64,000 nucleotides of DNA from an uncultured Sangeribacter sp. (GTDB lineage Bacteria > Bacteroidota > Bacteroidia > Bacteroidales > Muribaculaceae), in contig CAZWVY010000003.1 of assembly GCA_964637105.1 (NCBI GenBank), positions 373 to 64,372 on the forward strand, in the 5' to 3' direction. This document shows positions 40,705 through 50,860 of the stretch, piece by piece. Made by a program: the position numbers and the translations under genes. The notes under the pieces are model-generated. The model did no database searches and was not told the origin of the DNA. It worked only from the letters and a program-made list of their open reading frames with translations. How positions within the stretch are numbered: position 1 is the stretch's first letter; the number at the start of each line of letters is the position of its first letter.

Positions 40705-40712
40705 CAAAGTTA
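40705..40712 (-). promoter_or_regulatory. -7 element for the PASTA-rluA operon
   Basis: TAACTTTG on the minus strand. Confidence 0.6.
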
Positions 40713-40755
40713 CTAAAAATCCCGCTAATATGCGCGATATTCAGAGATTTTTTAT

Positions 40756-40763
40756 TAACTTTG
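40756..40763 (+). promoter_or_regulatory. -7 element for bamD-rpoZ
   Basis: TAACTTTG. Confidence 0.6.
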
Positions 40764-40809
40764 CACGTTAGAAATGTCACTAACGGCAGAAATGCCATAT
40801 CCGGCAATT

Positions 40810-41625
40810 ATGACAAGACACTTTAGGTTTCTCCCCATGCTCGCGGCTGTCCCGCTCCTCGTGCTCGCCTCGTGCGGCGAATACAACAAGGTGCTCAAGA
40901 GCCGCGACGCCGGTGTGAAATACGCTTTCGCCAAAAAGGCGTACGACCGAGGAAAATATGAGCAGACCATCAATCTGCTCACCGACCTCATCACCCCCCT
41001 GCGCGGTACGCCCGAGGGTGAGGATGCTCTGTACACCCTCGCGTTAGCTCACTACAACAACCGCGACTATCTCAATTCCGCCGTCTACTTCAAGACCTAC
41101 TACCAGCGTTACCCCAAAGGGAAAAACGCCGAGGATGCGAGATTCTTCAGCGGCTACGGCTACTATCTTGACTCCCCCGACCCGCAGCTCGACCAGTCGG
41201 GCACAATCAAGGGCATCGAGGAGCTGTCATCGTTTCTCGACTACTACCCCTCCAGCGAAAAGGCCGAGATGGCTCGCGACGCCATATTCGAGCTCCAGGA
41301 CAAGCTCACTCTCAAGGAGCTCCAGAATGCCCAGCTCTATTATAATATGGGAAACTTCATGGGCAACAATTACCAGGCTGCCATCATCACTGCCAAAAAC
41401 GCCCTCAAGTCTTACCCCTATTCCAAATATCGCGAAGACTTCGAGCTGCTTATCCTCAAATCCAAATTCCAGGAAGCCAAGGAAAGCGTCGAGGAGAAGA
41501 AGCTTGACCGCTTCAGAGAGGTAATCGATGAGTATTACTCCTTCATCAACACATACCCCGATTCGCCAAATGTGCGCGAGGCCAAGAATATCTATGCCAT
41601 CGCGCAGAAATATGTCCAGGACTGA
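40810..41625 (+). CDS. bamD: Outer-membrane assembly lipoprotein BamD
   Basis: Lipobox LASC followed by GEYNKVLKS, TPR-like helices and DQSGT. The start could also be 40792 or 40774. Confidence 0.9.
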   Translation: MTRHFRFLPMLAAVPLLVLASCGEYNKVLKSRDAGVKYAFAKKAYDRGKYEQTINLLTDLITPLRGTPEGEDALYTLALAHYNNRDYLNSAVYFKTYYQRYPKGKNAEDARFFSGYGYYLDSPDPQLDQSGTIKGIEELSSFLDYYPSSEKAEMARDAIFELQDKLTLKELQNAQLYYNMGNFMGNNYQAAIITAKNALKSYPYSKYREDFELLILKSKFQEAKESVEEKKLDRFREVIDEYYSFINTYPDSPNVREAKNIYAIAQKYVQD

Positions 41626-41737
41626 CCTCCTCCTCCGGCTCTCGCTTCCCACCCGGCACAATCCCCTCTCCGCAAGCATCTCGCCGGCCTGTCCCGACAG
41701 ATAACTCAGAGTAAAAACAAAGAAAAACCAATATAAA

Positions 41738-42073
41738 ATGGATTACAAGAAGACCAACGCTCCCCTCACCACCGTCACCCGCGACATGATCGCCATGGCC
41801 GAACAGACCGGCAACGTCTATGAGACCGTCTGCATCATCGGACGCCGTGCCAACCAGATCGCCGTGGAGATGAAAAAGGAACTGGAGAAGAAGCTCCAGG
41901 AGTTCGCTTCCACCGACAACCTCGAGGAGGTGACCGAAAACCGCGAGCAGATTGAGATCTCCCGTTTCTATGAGAAGCTCCCCAAGCCCACGCTGATCGC
42001 CACCCAGGAATACATCGAGCACAAGCTCTATTTCTCCAACCCCCTTAAGGAGAAGGACTCCCTCAACGACTGA
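41738..42073 (+). CDS. rpoZ: RNA polymerase omega subunit (Bacteroidota type)
   Basis: MDYKKTNAP..T.TRD, GNVYE, RRANQI and EQIEISRFYEKLPKPT; located after bamD. Confidence 0.9.
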   Translation: MDYKKTNAPLTTVTRDMIAMAEQTGNVYETVCIIGRRANQIAVEMKKELEKKLQEFASTDNLEEVTENREQIEISRFYEKLPKPTLIATQEYIEHKLYFSNPLKEKDSLND

Positions 42074-42149
42074 TACTGTCCGCGAGGTCTCTCTCAACGG
42101 CTAATCACGCCCTGAGACCTCCTCTCCGGGCTCTCCCCCCGCCCCGACG

Positions 42150-43148
42150 ATGAGCATTACGCTTCACATATTTAATCCGGATACCGACTATGCGCTGGCA
42201 TCCGGATCAACTTTTTATACCCCTCCCGCCAAAATAAAGGCCATGCGGGCCTCCATGGCCCTGCTCCCTGCGAGATGGGCGCGCCCCGGCGAGGCTATCC
42301 TGCTGCTTGATGACCCCTCCGTACCCGTTGAGACACTCCGTGACTACGAAACAGCGGTAAACAAGTGTCTCACTATTGTCACCCCTCACTCACAGACACA
42401 TGCCCGTACCGGGGAGGCCGCGTCCGCGCACTTCAGGGAGTTCAAGCCCGTTCCGTGGGGTTGGAATCCTGCCCTGCGCCATTATTTAGCGGAAATAGGC
42501 ATCCCCGAAGAGAAGATGCCCTCAGTATCTGATGTGGCCACCATCCGCCTCCTCTCCCACAGACGCACCGCTTCACAGATAAACACCCTCTTGGGTTCAC
42601 CGCATATTGCAGCCGAGCTTAAGAGCCTCGAGGAAGTTGAGGCATTCACAGCGAGAAATCCTCGGGCATGGCTCAAGGCCCCTTGGAGCAGCTCGGGACG
42701 CGGCGTAATCAATTGCGCCGACCTGGAGCCGCGCCATATCATCCCCTGGGCGCGCGGGATTATCCGGCGCCAGGGGAGCGTTATGGCCGAGACACCGGCT
42801 GACCGCATCCTCGACTTCGCTACCGAATGGACATGCCATGACGGGATGGCCGATTTTGAGGGATTCTCCGTCTTCTCCACCTCCTCCCGAGGGAAATACC
42901 ACGGAAATCTTGAACTGCCGCAGTCAGAGCTGGAGAAGGTTATAAAAAACGCTGTCCCTGCTTGGGACAGCGAAATAATAGAGAGGCAGAAGGAAGCATT
43001 GGAAGCCATAGTGGCAGGGCATTACTCCGGGCCGGCCGGAATTGACATGATAGCGGAGCGCGACGGCTCCCTGCGCCCCTGTATAGAGCTGAACCTGAGA
43101 ATGACCATGGGCTTTGCTACCCTCCTCACCAATCGTCCTCCCAAATGA
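42150..43148 (+). CDS. Hypothetical protein with ATP-grasp-like motifs
   Basis: Motifs WLKAPWSSSGRGV, DFATE and GPAGIDM...IELNLRMTMG. Confidence 0.7.
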   Translation: MSITLHIFNPDTDYALASGSTFYTPPAKIKAMRASMALLPARWARPGEAILLLDDPSVPVETLRDYETAVNKCLTIVTPHSQTHARTGEAASAHFREFKPVPWGWNPALRHYLAEIGIPEEKMPSVSDVATIRLLSHRRTASQINTLLGSPHIAAELKSLEEVEAFTARNPRAWLKAPWSSSGRGVINCADLEPRHIIPWARGIIRRQGSVMAETPADRILDFATEWTCHDGMADFEGFSVFSTSSRGKYHGNLELPQSELEKVIKNAVPAWDSEIIERQKEALEAIVAGHYSGPAGIDMIAERDGSLRPCIELNLRMTMGFATLLTNRPPK

Positions 43149-43186
43149 AGCGACAAATAATAGGTGATGTAAAATGGCCCCGGAGG

Positions 43187-43768
43187 TCAGAAGGCCTTGA
43201 GCTCCTTGTAGAGTCGCTGCACCGGGAGTCCCATCACGTTATAGAAGCTGCCGTTGATCCCCTCGACAGCCGCACACCCTATCCACTCCTGTATGCCATA
43301 GGCCCCGGCCTTGTCCAAAGGCCGGTAATGCGTCACATAAAAGCGCGCCTCCTCCTCAGAGAGGGGACCGAAAGTGACATCTGTGCTCACAGAGAAATCC
43401 AGGCTCCTCTCCTTTGTGGTGACTGACACTCCGGTCACAACCTGGTGCGTGCGCCCCTGCAGGGTCATGAGCATCTGCACGGCCTGCTCCTCATCGAAGG
43501 GCTTGCCATAAATCACGTTGTCAAGTATCACTACGGTGTCAGCGGTTATGACCAGCTCGTTATCCTTTATCAAGTCGCGGCATGCCATCGCCTTCTTTCT
43601 CGCAAGATAGCCCGGCACATCTACTGCGTCCATCTCCTGCGGAAAACTTTCATCGACGCCTGTCAGCCGCACGGTTTCAAAGGGAATGTCGAGCATTCCC
43701 ATCAGTTCGCGGCGGCGTGGCGACTGGCTCGCTAAGAGCACTCTGTATTTTTTTATATTATCCAGCAT
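43187..43768 (-). CDS. maf: Maf-family nucleotide pyrophosphatase
   Basis: Motifs LASQSPRRREL, ITADTVV, DKAGAYGIQ and GSFYNVMGLP. Start set at MLDNIKKY. Confidence 0.93.
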   Translation of the reverse strand: MLDNIKKYRVLLASQSPRRRELMGMLDIPFETVRLTGVDESFPQEMDAVDVPGYLARKKAMACRDLIKDNELVITADTVVILDNVIYGKPFDEEQAVQMLMTLQGRTHQVVTGVSVTTKERSLDFSVSTDVTFGPLSEEEARFYVTHYRPLDKAGAYGIQEWIGCAAVEGINGSFYNVMGLPVQRLYKELKAF

Positions 43769-43872
43769 AATCAAAATTTTAGTCAGTTTATATTCCCGGT
43801 ACATCGGCAATTAATACTCGCTATCGGCTAATATTACTCGAATAACCGCTTATATCACTGTAGTTTTGGCCT

Positions 43873-44388
43873 TTACCAGCCGAAGGCCTTCTCATTGCCG
43901 AGCCAATGGCCCTGCGCTTTGAGTATCTGCTCGAGTATGTCGCGTGCGGCCCCGTACCCTCCGCCGAAACGGGAAATGTATACCGCCGTCTCCCTGGCTT
44001 CGGCAGCGGCATCATGAGGAGCGCAGGGGAGGCCGACGAAGCGCATGCACCTCAGGTCGGGAATGTCATCGCCCATGTAGGCCACCTCCTCCGGCTCCAG
44101 TCTCACGCCTCCCATCCACTCCTGCAGCACCGGAAGCTTGTGGGCTGCTCCTTGATATATGTCCATAATGCCCAATGCCTCGAAACGTTTGCGCACAGCC
44201 TCGCTCCGGCCTCCGGTGATTATGGCTATGCGCAGTCCACACTTCACGGCCAGCTGCAACGCGTAGCCATCTTTGATATTGACCATGCGACAGGGCATCC
44301 CGTCCTCCCCCAATGGAATGGTTGAAGGCGAAAGCACTCCGTCTACATCAAATACCACCCCCCGAATTTTTTTCAAATCATAATTCAT
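43873..44388 (-). CDS. kdsC: KDO 8-phosphate phosphatase (HAD family)
   Basis: Motifs FDVDGVL, KDGYAL, ITGG, MGDDIPD and GGYGAARDILE. Confidence 0.9.
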   Translation of the reverse strand: MNYDLKKIRGVVFDVDGVLSPSTIPLGEDGMPCRMVNIKDGYALQLAVKCGLRIAIITGGRSEAVRKRFEALGIMDIYQGAAHKLPVLQEWMGGVRLEPEEVAYMGDDIPDLRCMRFVGLPCAPHDAAAEARETAVYISRFGGGYGAARDILEQILKAQGHWLGNEKAFGW

Positions 44389-44477
44389 ATCACCTCATTC
44401 TTTATGACCCAGTATTTTTTAAATCATAATTAACAGCTCCTCATTAAGTGCCCCGGCTCATGGAATTGGATAGGTTC

Positions 44478-45215
44478 TTATTTCGTGTTATCCTTGGCAT
44501 TAATTATGACCTGCGAAAGCAGCCTGTACACCTCGGCTTCCAGAGGGCGTTCCTTTAGCTCCTCCTCCTGGCGGGCCATCACATTAAAATCGCCGCGCAC
44601 GGCCGGCCCGGTCTGCGCCTCAGCCGGACTCATCTCCTCCAATTTAGCTGCCGTCTCCCCTATCAAAGGGAGCAGGTCTTGGATGCAGTATCCCTCCTCC
44701 TTTAAAATATCATCGGCAATCCCCCACAGGGCGTTTGCGAAATTACATGCGAACACTGCGCCGAGATGCAACACCCCCCTTCGTCTTGAGTCGGCGACCT
44801 TTATCTTGCCGCTGACCAGCCGGGCCGTGTCAATGAGCATGCTCTCAGTGGCCGCGCAATCCCCCTCGATGAAAAAAGGGATGTCGGAGTAATCGAGCGC
44901 GCGACCTTTGGAGAAGGTCTGCATAGGATAAATGACCCCCTTAGGACCGGGCCACGCCTCCAATGCGTCAATCGGCACGCTCCCCGATGTGTGCGCGAGC
45001 ACCGGGACCTTCCCGGCTCTCTCAGGGAGGGCTGCGGCAAACCGTCCGGCCACTTCGGCAATAGCGGAATCGCTGACGGCGATTATGATGAGATCCGCGT
45101 TTGCGGGAAGCTCAGCTTCCCGCAAACGCGGATCAATCTCTATCATATCCGTGACGGCGGAGAACGCCTTCGCCAGATGGCTCCCTACGTTTCCGCGTCC
45201 GGCTATGGCTATCAT
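44478..45215 (-). CDS. Rossmann-like and DUF2520 domain protein
   Basis: Motifs GRGNVG, HTSGS, YPMQTFSK, LHLGAVFACNF and QTGPAVRGD. Confidence 0.88.
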   Translation of the reverse strand: MIAIAGRGNVGSHLAKAFSAVTDMIEIDPRLREAELPANADLIIIAVSDSAIAEVAGRFAAALPERAGKVPVLAHTSGSVPIDALEAWPGPKGVIYPMQTFSKGRALDYSDIPFFIEGDCAATESMLIDTARLVSGKIKVADSRRRGVLHLGAVFACNFANALWGIADDILKEEGYCIQDLLPLIGETAAKLEEMSPAEAQTGPAVRGDFNVMARQEEELKERPLEAEVYRLLSQVIINAKDNTK

Positions 45216-46252
45216 CAGAGTTCAGTGCTCTCGGAGGCTGCGGGGAGCACGACCGGAGCAAGGTTCTGGTTGGCCTGATACTGGTATTTGGCCTCCCAGC
45301 CCAGGGCGCTCGCGCCGAGCACTGCGGCATCGCTCTCCTTGAGTTCGGAAATAAGTATCTTGATTTTCCCCTTGTAGACGGGGAACAGGGCGTTGTCGAA
45401 GGCCTCGCGCATGGGCTTCATCAGCAGGTCGCCGCTCTTGGCCAGGCCGCCGAAGAGGATGATGGCTTGAGGCGATGAGAAGGCGCACATGTCTGCGCAG
45501 GCCTCGCCGAGAATCTTGCCGGTATAGTCGAAAATCTCCTTGGCCAGTTTGTCGCCGGCTACGGCTGCGTCATACACATCCTTGGAGGTGATGGCCTCGA
45601 TGTCGAGGTTGCGGAGCATGGAGGGCTCAGTGCGGATCTCGAGGAATTCGCGGGCCGTGCGGGCCACGCCCGTGGCAGAGGCGTATGCCTCCAGGCAGCC
45701 GGTGCGTCCGCAGCCGCAGACACGCCCGTTGTTGCGCTTCACCACTAAGTGGCCCAGCTCGCCGGCGTTGCCGTCATGGCCGTATACCATCTGGCCGTTG
45801 ACCACGATGCCCGAGCCTACGCCCGTGCCGAGAGTGATCATGATGAAATCCTTCATGCCTCGGGCAGCGCCGTAGGTCATCTCGCCTAATGCAGCTGCGT
45901 TGGCGTCGTTGGTCACAGCCACCGGCAGCCCGTCGAAGGCCTTGCTGACTTTCTCCGCCAGGGGGATGATGGGACCCCAGGGGAGGTTTGGCGGATTCAC
46001 GATCTCGCCCGTGTAGTAGTTGGCGTTAGGAGCACCGATACCGATGCCCTTGATTTTGCCTTCGGCATCGTTGGCCTGCAGCAGACGGGTCACTTCCGTG
46101 TGGAGCTCTTCGACATAGTCGTCGAAGTTGGCATGCTTCTTGGTCTTGATCGAGCCGCTGGCCACCACCTGGCCGCGCGCGTCGACTATTCCGAAGACCG
46201 TGTTGGTGCCTCCGACATCGACACCCAATACATAAGGTTTTGTCATGGTCAT
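45215..46252 (-). CDS. ROK family sugar kinase (glucokinase-like)
   Basis: Motifs GVDVGGT, NDANAAALGE, TLGTGVGSG, GELGH and CGCGRTGCLE. Confidence 0.93.
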   Translation of the reverse strand: MTMTKPYVLGVDVGGTNTVFGIVDARGQVVASGSIKTKKHANFDDYVEELHTEVTRLLQANDAEGKIKGIGIGAPNANYYTGEIVNPPNLPWGPIIPLAEKVSKAFDGLPVAVTNDANAAALGEMTYGAARGMKDFIMITLGTGVGSGIVVNGQMVYGHDGNAGELGHLVVKRNNGRVCGCGRTGCLEAYASATGVARTAREFLEIRTEPSMLRNLDIEAITSKDVYDAAVAGDKLAKEIFDYTGKILGEACADMCAFSSPQAIILFGGLAKSGDLLMKPMREAFDNALFPVYKGKIKILISELKESDAAVLGASALGWEAKYQYQANQNLAPVVLPAASESTEL

Positions 46253-46510
46253 ATCTACTTTATGATATATAATATGTGTTTTTGCCCGAATTTGATTTTA
46301 AGGCTAACATCACGTCCGGTCGCCTTCCGATAAGGAACCCGGCCGCGCATGCCGCGCAATCTTCAAATTGATTCTGCAAATATAACAAAATAAAATCAAA
46401 CCAATCAAATTTTCTTTTGTTAAATATATAGAAATTACTTATGGAAAACGCCGCGGTCCCCTCCCGGCCCCTCCGGGCTTGACACGGGTGCCGCTCATAA
46501 AGTAGGTTTT

Positions 46511-49111
46511 ATGAACTTCAACAACTTCACAATTAAATCGCAGGAGGTTGTGCAGAAGGCTATCGAGCTTTGCCGGTCAAACGGCCAGCAGCTCATTGAG
46601 CCGGCCCACCTGCTTAAGGCCCTCATCGACGAGGCCGAGACCATCGTGAACTTCGTGTTCCAGAAGCTCGGCGCCAATCTCAATGCCGTCAAGACGGGCC
46701 TTGACCGCGACATCGCGGCCCTCCCCAAGGTCTCCGGAGGGGATGTGACCCTCAGCCGCGAGGCCAACGAAGCCCTGCAGAAGGCAGTGGATTTCTCCAA
46801 GTCAATGGGCGATGAGTATGTATCTGTAGAGGCCATGCTCATGGGCATTCTCAAGACCCGCTGCTCCGCTTCGCGCATCCTCAAGGATGCCGGAATCACC
46901 GAGGATGGCCTCAAGGCCGCTATCCAGGAGCTCCGAAAGGGCAACAAGGTGACACAGCAGAGCGCCGAGGAGTCATACCAGGCTCTTTCTAAATATGCCA
47001 TCAACCTCAATGACCGCGCCCGCAGCGGCAAGCTCGACCCGGTCATCGGCCGTGACGAGGAGATACGCCGCGTGCTCCAGATCCTTTCGCGTCGCACCAA
47101 GAACAATCCTATGCTCGTCGGCGAGCCCGGCACCGGTAAGACAGCCATCGCCGAGGGCCTGGCCCACCGTATCGTGCGCGGCGATGTGCCCGAGAACCTT
47201 AAGTCAAAACAGATTTACTCGCTCGATATGGGCGCACTCGTGGCCGGAGCGAAATACAAGGGCGAGTTTGAGGAGCGCCTCAAGGCTATCGTAAATGAGG
47301 TAACCCAGTCTGACGGCGAGATCATCCTCTTTATCGATGAGATCCACACTCTTGTAGGCGCCGGCAAGGGCGAGGGAGCTATGGATGCAGCCAATATCCT
47401 CAAGCCGGCGCTGGCGCGCGGCGAACTCCGCTCTATCGGCGCCACCACCCTCGACGAGTATCAGAAATATTTCGAGAAGGATAAGGCCCTCGAGCGCCGC
47501 TTCCAGAAGGTGATGGTCGATGAGCCTGACGAGATGTCTGCCATCTCCATCCTCCGCGGCCTCAAGGAGCGTTATGAAAACCATCACAAGGTGCGCATCA
47601 TGGATGAGGCTATCATAGCCGCCGTCCAGCTCTCTGTGCGCTACATCACAGACCGCTTCCTCCCCGACAAGGCTATCGACCTTATTGATGAGGCCGCTTC
47701 CAAGCTCCGCCTCGAGATGGACTCAATGCCCCAGGCCCTCGATGAGGCGCAACGCAAGATTGCGCAGCTCGAAATCGAGCGCGAGGCTCTTAAGCGTGAG
47801 GGCAACGACTACAAGATCAAGGAAATCGATGAGGACCTCGCCAACCTGCGCGACACCGAGAAGGCCATGAAGGCCAAGTGGCAGGCTGAGAAAAACGAGA
47901 TCAATAAGATTCAGCAGAACAAGATTGAAATTGAGCAGCTCAAGCATGAGGCCGAGATGGCCAAGCGCGAGGGTGACTATGCCAAGGTGGCTGAGATAGA
48001 ATACTCCAAGATCAAGCAGAAAGAGACTGAGAACGCCGAAATCCAGGAGCGCCTCAAGCAGCTCCAGGGCGAGGGCGCCATGATCAAGGAGGAGGTCGAT
48101 GCCGAGGATATCGCCGAGGTTGTCAGCCGCTGGACCGGAATACCTGTCAAGAAGATGGCCCAGAGCGAGAAGGAGAAACTGCTCCATCTCGAGGAGGAGC
48201 TCCACAAGCGCGTGGTCGGCCAGGATGCGGCCATCAAGGCAGTCAGCGACGCAGTGCGCCGCTCGCGCGCAGGCCTCAATGACCCGCGCCGCCCCTTAGG
48301 CTCGTTCATCTTCCTCGGCACCACCGGTGTCGGCAAGACGGAGCTCGCCAAGGCCCTCGCAGAATACCTCTTCGATGACGAGGATATGATGACCCGTATC
48401 GATATGTCAGAATACATGGAGAAGCACTCCGTGAGCCGACTGGTAGGAGCGCCTCCGGGATACGTCGGATACGAGGAGGGTGGCCAGCTCACTGAGGCAG
48501 TGCGCCGCAAACCTTACAGCGTCGTGCTCTTCGATGAGATAGAGAAGGCTAACCCGGATGTGTTCAACATCCTGCTGCAGGTGCTTGATGACGGCCGCCT
48601 CACAGACAACAAGGGCCGCTTCATCAACTTCAAGAACACCATTATTATCATGACCTCCAATGAGGGATCGCCCATTATCCGCGAGAACTTCAAGGACATC
48701 GACTCCAAGACTGAGGAGGAGCGTGAGAATGTCATCTCGAAGACCAAAGAGGATGTGCTCGACCTTCTGAAAATGAAGATCCGTCCCGAATTCCTCAACC
48801 GTATCGATGAGATTGTGATGTTCACACCTCTCAACAAGAAGGAGATTCAGGAGATTGTCGACATCCAGGTGAAGAGCGTCCAGAAGATGCTCGCCTCCAA
48901 CGGCGTAGAGCTTAAGATCACTAAACCTGCTCTTGAGCTCCTGGCTGAAGACGGCTACGATCCCGAATTCGGTGCACGTCCCGTGAAGCGCACCATCCAG
49001 CGCATGGTGCTCAACCAGCTCTCGAAGGACATCCTGGCGCAGAAGGTAGACCGCGACCATCCCATCGTCATCGATCGCGAAGGCGACGAACTGGTCTTCA
49101 AGAACCACTAA
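46511..49111 (+). CDS. clpB: Disaggregase ClpB
   Basis: Two AAA modules ([16 protein letters not shown]), a coiled-coil M domain and [12 protein letters not shown]. Confidence 0.97.
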   Translation: MNFNNFTIKSQEVVQKAIELCRSNGQQLIEPAHLLKALIDEAETIVNFVFQKLGANLNAVKTGLDRDIAALPKVSGGDVTLSREANEALQKAVDFSKSMGDEYVSVEAMLMGILKTRCSASRILKDAGITEDGLKAAIQELRKGNKVTQQSAEESYQALSKYAINLNDRARSGKLDPVIGRDEEIRRVLQILSRRTKNNPMLVGEPGTGKTAIAEGLAHRIVRGDVPENLKSKQIYSLDMGALVAGAKYKGEFEERLKAIVNEVTQSDGEIILFIDEIHTLVGAGKGEGAMDAANILKPALARGELRSIGATTLDEYQKYFEKDKALERRFQKVMVDEPDEMSAISILRGLKERYENHHKVRIMDEAIIAAVQLSVRYITDRFLPDKAIDLIDEAASKLRLEMDSMPQALDEAQRKIAQLEIEREALKREGNDYKIKEIDEDLANLRDTEKAMKAKWQAEKNEINKIQQNKIEIEQLKHEAEMAKREGDYAKVAEIEYSKIKQKETENAEIQERLKQLQGEGAMIKEEVDAEDIAEVVSRWTGIPVKKMAQSEKEKLLHLEEELHKRVVGQDAAIKAVSDAVRRSRAGLNDPRRPLGSFIFLGTTGVGKTELAKALAEYLFDDEDMMTRIDMSEYMEKHSVSRLVGAPPGYVGYEEGGQLTEAVRRKPYSVVLFDEIEKANPDVFNILLQVLDDGRLTDNKGRFINFKNTIIIMTSNEGSPIIRENFKDIDSKTEEERENVISKTKEDVLDLLKMKIRPEFLNRIDEIVMFTPLNKKEIQEIVDIQVKSVQKMLASNGVELKITKPALELLAEDGYDPEFGARPVKRTIQRMVLNQLSKDILAQKVDRDHPIVIDREGDELVFKNH

Positions 49112-49134
49112 ACCCTGAAATAATTATCAATACC

Positions 49135-49166
49135 AAATGGTCGGCCCCGCACGGAGCCGACCATTT
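49135..49166 (+). terminator. Probable terminator hairpin after clpB
   Basis: AAATGGTCGGC...GCCGACCATTT, followed by T. Confidence 0.6.
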
Positions 49167-49209
49167 TCCGCTTGTGCCGTCCCATATGCCCCCCTCATTG
49201 ATGAACCTT

Positions 49210-49378
49210 GCGGGCTGGAAGCCCGCCCTCCTTGACCACTCCCGCAATAGCACAAGGACTACCCAAGGACTGTCCAAGGACTGCGGGCTTCCAGCCCGCA
49301 ATAGCTTCCAGCCCGCAATAGCACAAGGACTGCGGGCTTCCAGCCCGCAATAGCTTCAGCCCGCACTCCTTGTGCTAC
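49210..49378. repeat. REP/BIME-like mosaic (family A, GCGGGCT-GGA-AGCCCGC)
   Basis: Full hairpins at 49210-49226, 49283-49299 and 49332-49348, plus half copies. CAAGGACT occurs 4 times and CCCGCAATAGC 4 times. A 20-bp IR (19/20) pairs 49319-49338 with 49358-49377. Confidence 0.88.
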
Positions 49379-49392
49379 TGCAGCCCCTCGTC

Positions 49393-49434
49393 ATAAAAAA
49401 GCGGGGCATCCGTTTGGATGCCCCGCTTTTTTAT
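49393..49434. terminator. Bidirectional intrinsic terminator
   Basis: ATAAAAAAGCGGGGCATCC-gttt-GGATGCCCCGCTTTTTTAT. Confidence 0.9.
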
Positions 49435-49460
49435 TGTGGGATTGTTGTCTCAGAGATGGA

Positions 49461-50618
49461 TTACTTCACGACCTTGACAGCCTTGCCGTTCTGCACGCGG
49501 ATGTACATTCCCTTCTCGGGGTTAGCCACGCGTACGCCCTGCATGTTGAAGTAAACAGCCTCGCCGTTGGCAGCTGCGATTACGTTGATGCCAGTCTCTA
49601 CGTCGATGACGCGGATTTCGTTGGTAGCGCAGTTGAACTCTACGTTATACTCGCTGTTCTCAGTAGCGCCATCGATTGTCATGTTAGCATCCCAGTTGTC
49701 GGGGATAGCATAGAACTCCTGAGTCTGGAGAGCCTGGCCGTTGGAGTGCCATACATCAGCTGCGCCGTTCCAAACCTTTACCTTGAAGCCGCTGGTGCCG
49801 ATGGGAAGTGACTCGTGCATGGATACACCCTCCTCATTGGGGTTGACACCATTGTCAAGCCAGTTGTTGAAGTCGCCGAGCACGTTTACATACCATGTGG
49901 TGTAGTCGGTCTCGATTATCTGGCCGCCCTCACCTGTGATAGTGAGCTCTGCAGTGTCGAGGTTGAAAGTAAGAACAGCGTTCTCAACATTCATACCCAT
50001 TGCCATGTTGTTGCTATTGTTATAGTAGCAGACATAGGGAGTGTTCAGTTCCATGGCATTGATACCGGAGCTGTAGTTTACGTCAGCCCAGTCAGCATCA
50101 GCAATCTTGAACTCCTGACCGGCAACGAGGTTAGCGACTTTAAGCTCGAACACATTGTTACCCTTGTCAGTAAACTTGTACTCATCTGTTGCACCCCAGC
50201 CGTTCATTGCGCCGCGGAGGTACATGACAGTCTCTGTGGGAGGAACAACGATTTCGCCGCCGAGACCGTTTACGGTCAGCAGATTGTTGTTGGTGTCGAG
50301 AGTGAAAGTCACATTGGTCACCTCCTCAGTGAAACGGAAGTTCTGACCGTCCTGACGCAGACCGTAGTCACCGTTCTCTGTGATGTTTTTGATGCCGCTT
50401 GCGTCAGCGCCGAGGTTAGTTGTCCAGCCTGCATCCTTACGGAACTTAAACTGACCCTTGAGGGATTCCATGGTAACAGTGAACACGCCGGACTCAGTCT
50501 CGGTCATGTCAACATCACCTGCCCAGCTGTTGAACTCGCCGATGACACCCCATCCGGCGTTTGCGCTACCTGCGGTCAGGAAGAGACCGGCAGCGAGTGC
50601 GAGTAAACCTTTCTTCAT
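49461..50618 (-). CDS. Secreted protein with three SusE/F-like carbohydrate-binding repeats and a T9SS-type C-terminal domain
   Basis: Sec signal peptide; three G-x-(F/M)-N-x-W repeats with FK(F/I/V) strands; tail TGI...YFNMQGVRVANPEKGMYIRVQNGKAVKVVK. Confidence 0.7.
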   Translation of the reverse strand: MKKGLLALAAGLFLTAGSANAGWGVIGEFNSWAGDVDMTETESGVFTVTMESLKGQFKFRKDAGWTTNLGADASGIKNITENGDYGLRQDGQNFRFTEEVTNVTFTLDTNNNLLTVNGLGGEIVVPPTETVMYLRGAMNGWGATDEYKFTDKGNNVFELKVANLVAGQEFKIADADWADVNYSSGINAMELNTPYVCYYNNSNNMAMGMNVENAVLTFNLDTAELTITGEGGQIIETDYTTWYVNVLGDFNNWLDNGVNPNEEGVSMHESLPIGTSGFKVKVWNGAADVWHSNGQALQTQEFYAIPDNWDANMTIDGATENSEYNVEFNCATNEIRVIDVETGINVIAAANGEAVYFNMQGVRVANPEKGMYIRVQNGKAVKVVK

Positions 50619-50784
50619 GATAAGATTACTTTTGTGTTAAAAAATATGGTTAATTATAAAGTATTTGTTTGCCTGTAAAAAAGATGAATCTCTTTGCGTA
50701 CTGTTTTTTAGTTAAGCCTTTTAATTCATTCCTTTTCTTGTCACATTGAATCCCTCCGGCCCGTCGGCCTTCCGGATTCGGTAG

Positions 50785-50792
50785 CAAAGGTA
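50785..50792 (-). promoter_or_regulatory. -7 element for the triple-CBM gene
   Basis: TACCTTTG on the minus strand, about 165 nt above the ATG. Confidence 0.6.
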
Positions 50793-50860
50793 ATATCTTT
50801 TTACGAAATAATGGTTATAATTTTTTAAAATTAACTTTTATTAACAATTAGGAGGGGCTT

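Noticed and set aside
45215-45290. C-terminal extension of the ROK kinase
   Set aside because: Most simply a lost stop codon running to the TGATG junction with the next gene; there is no motif to suggest a function.
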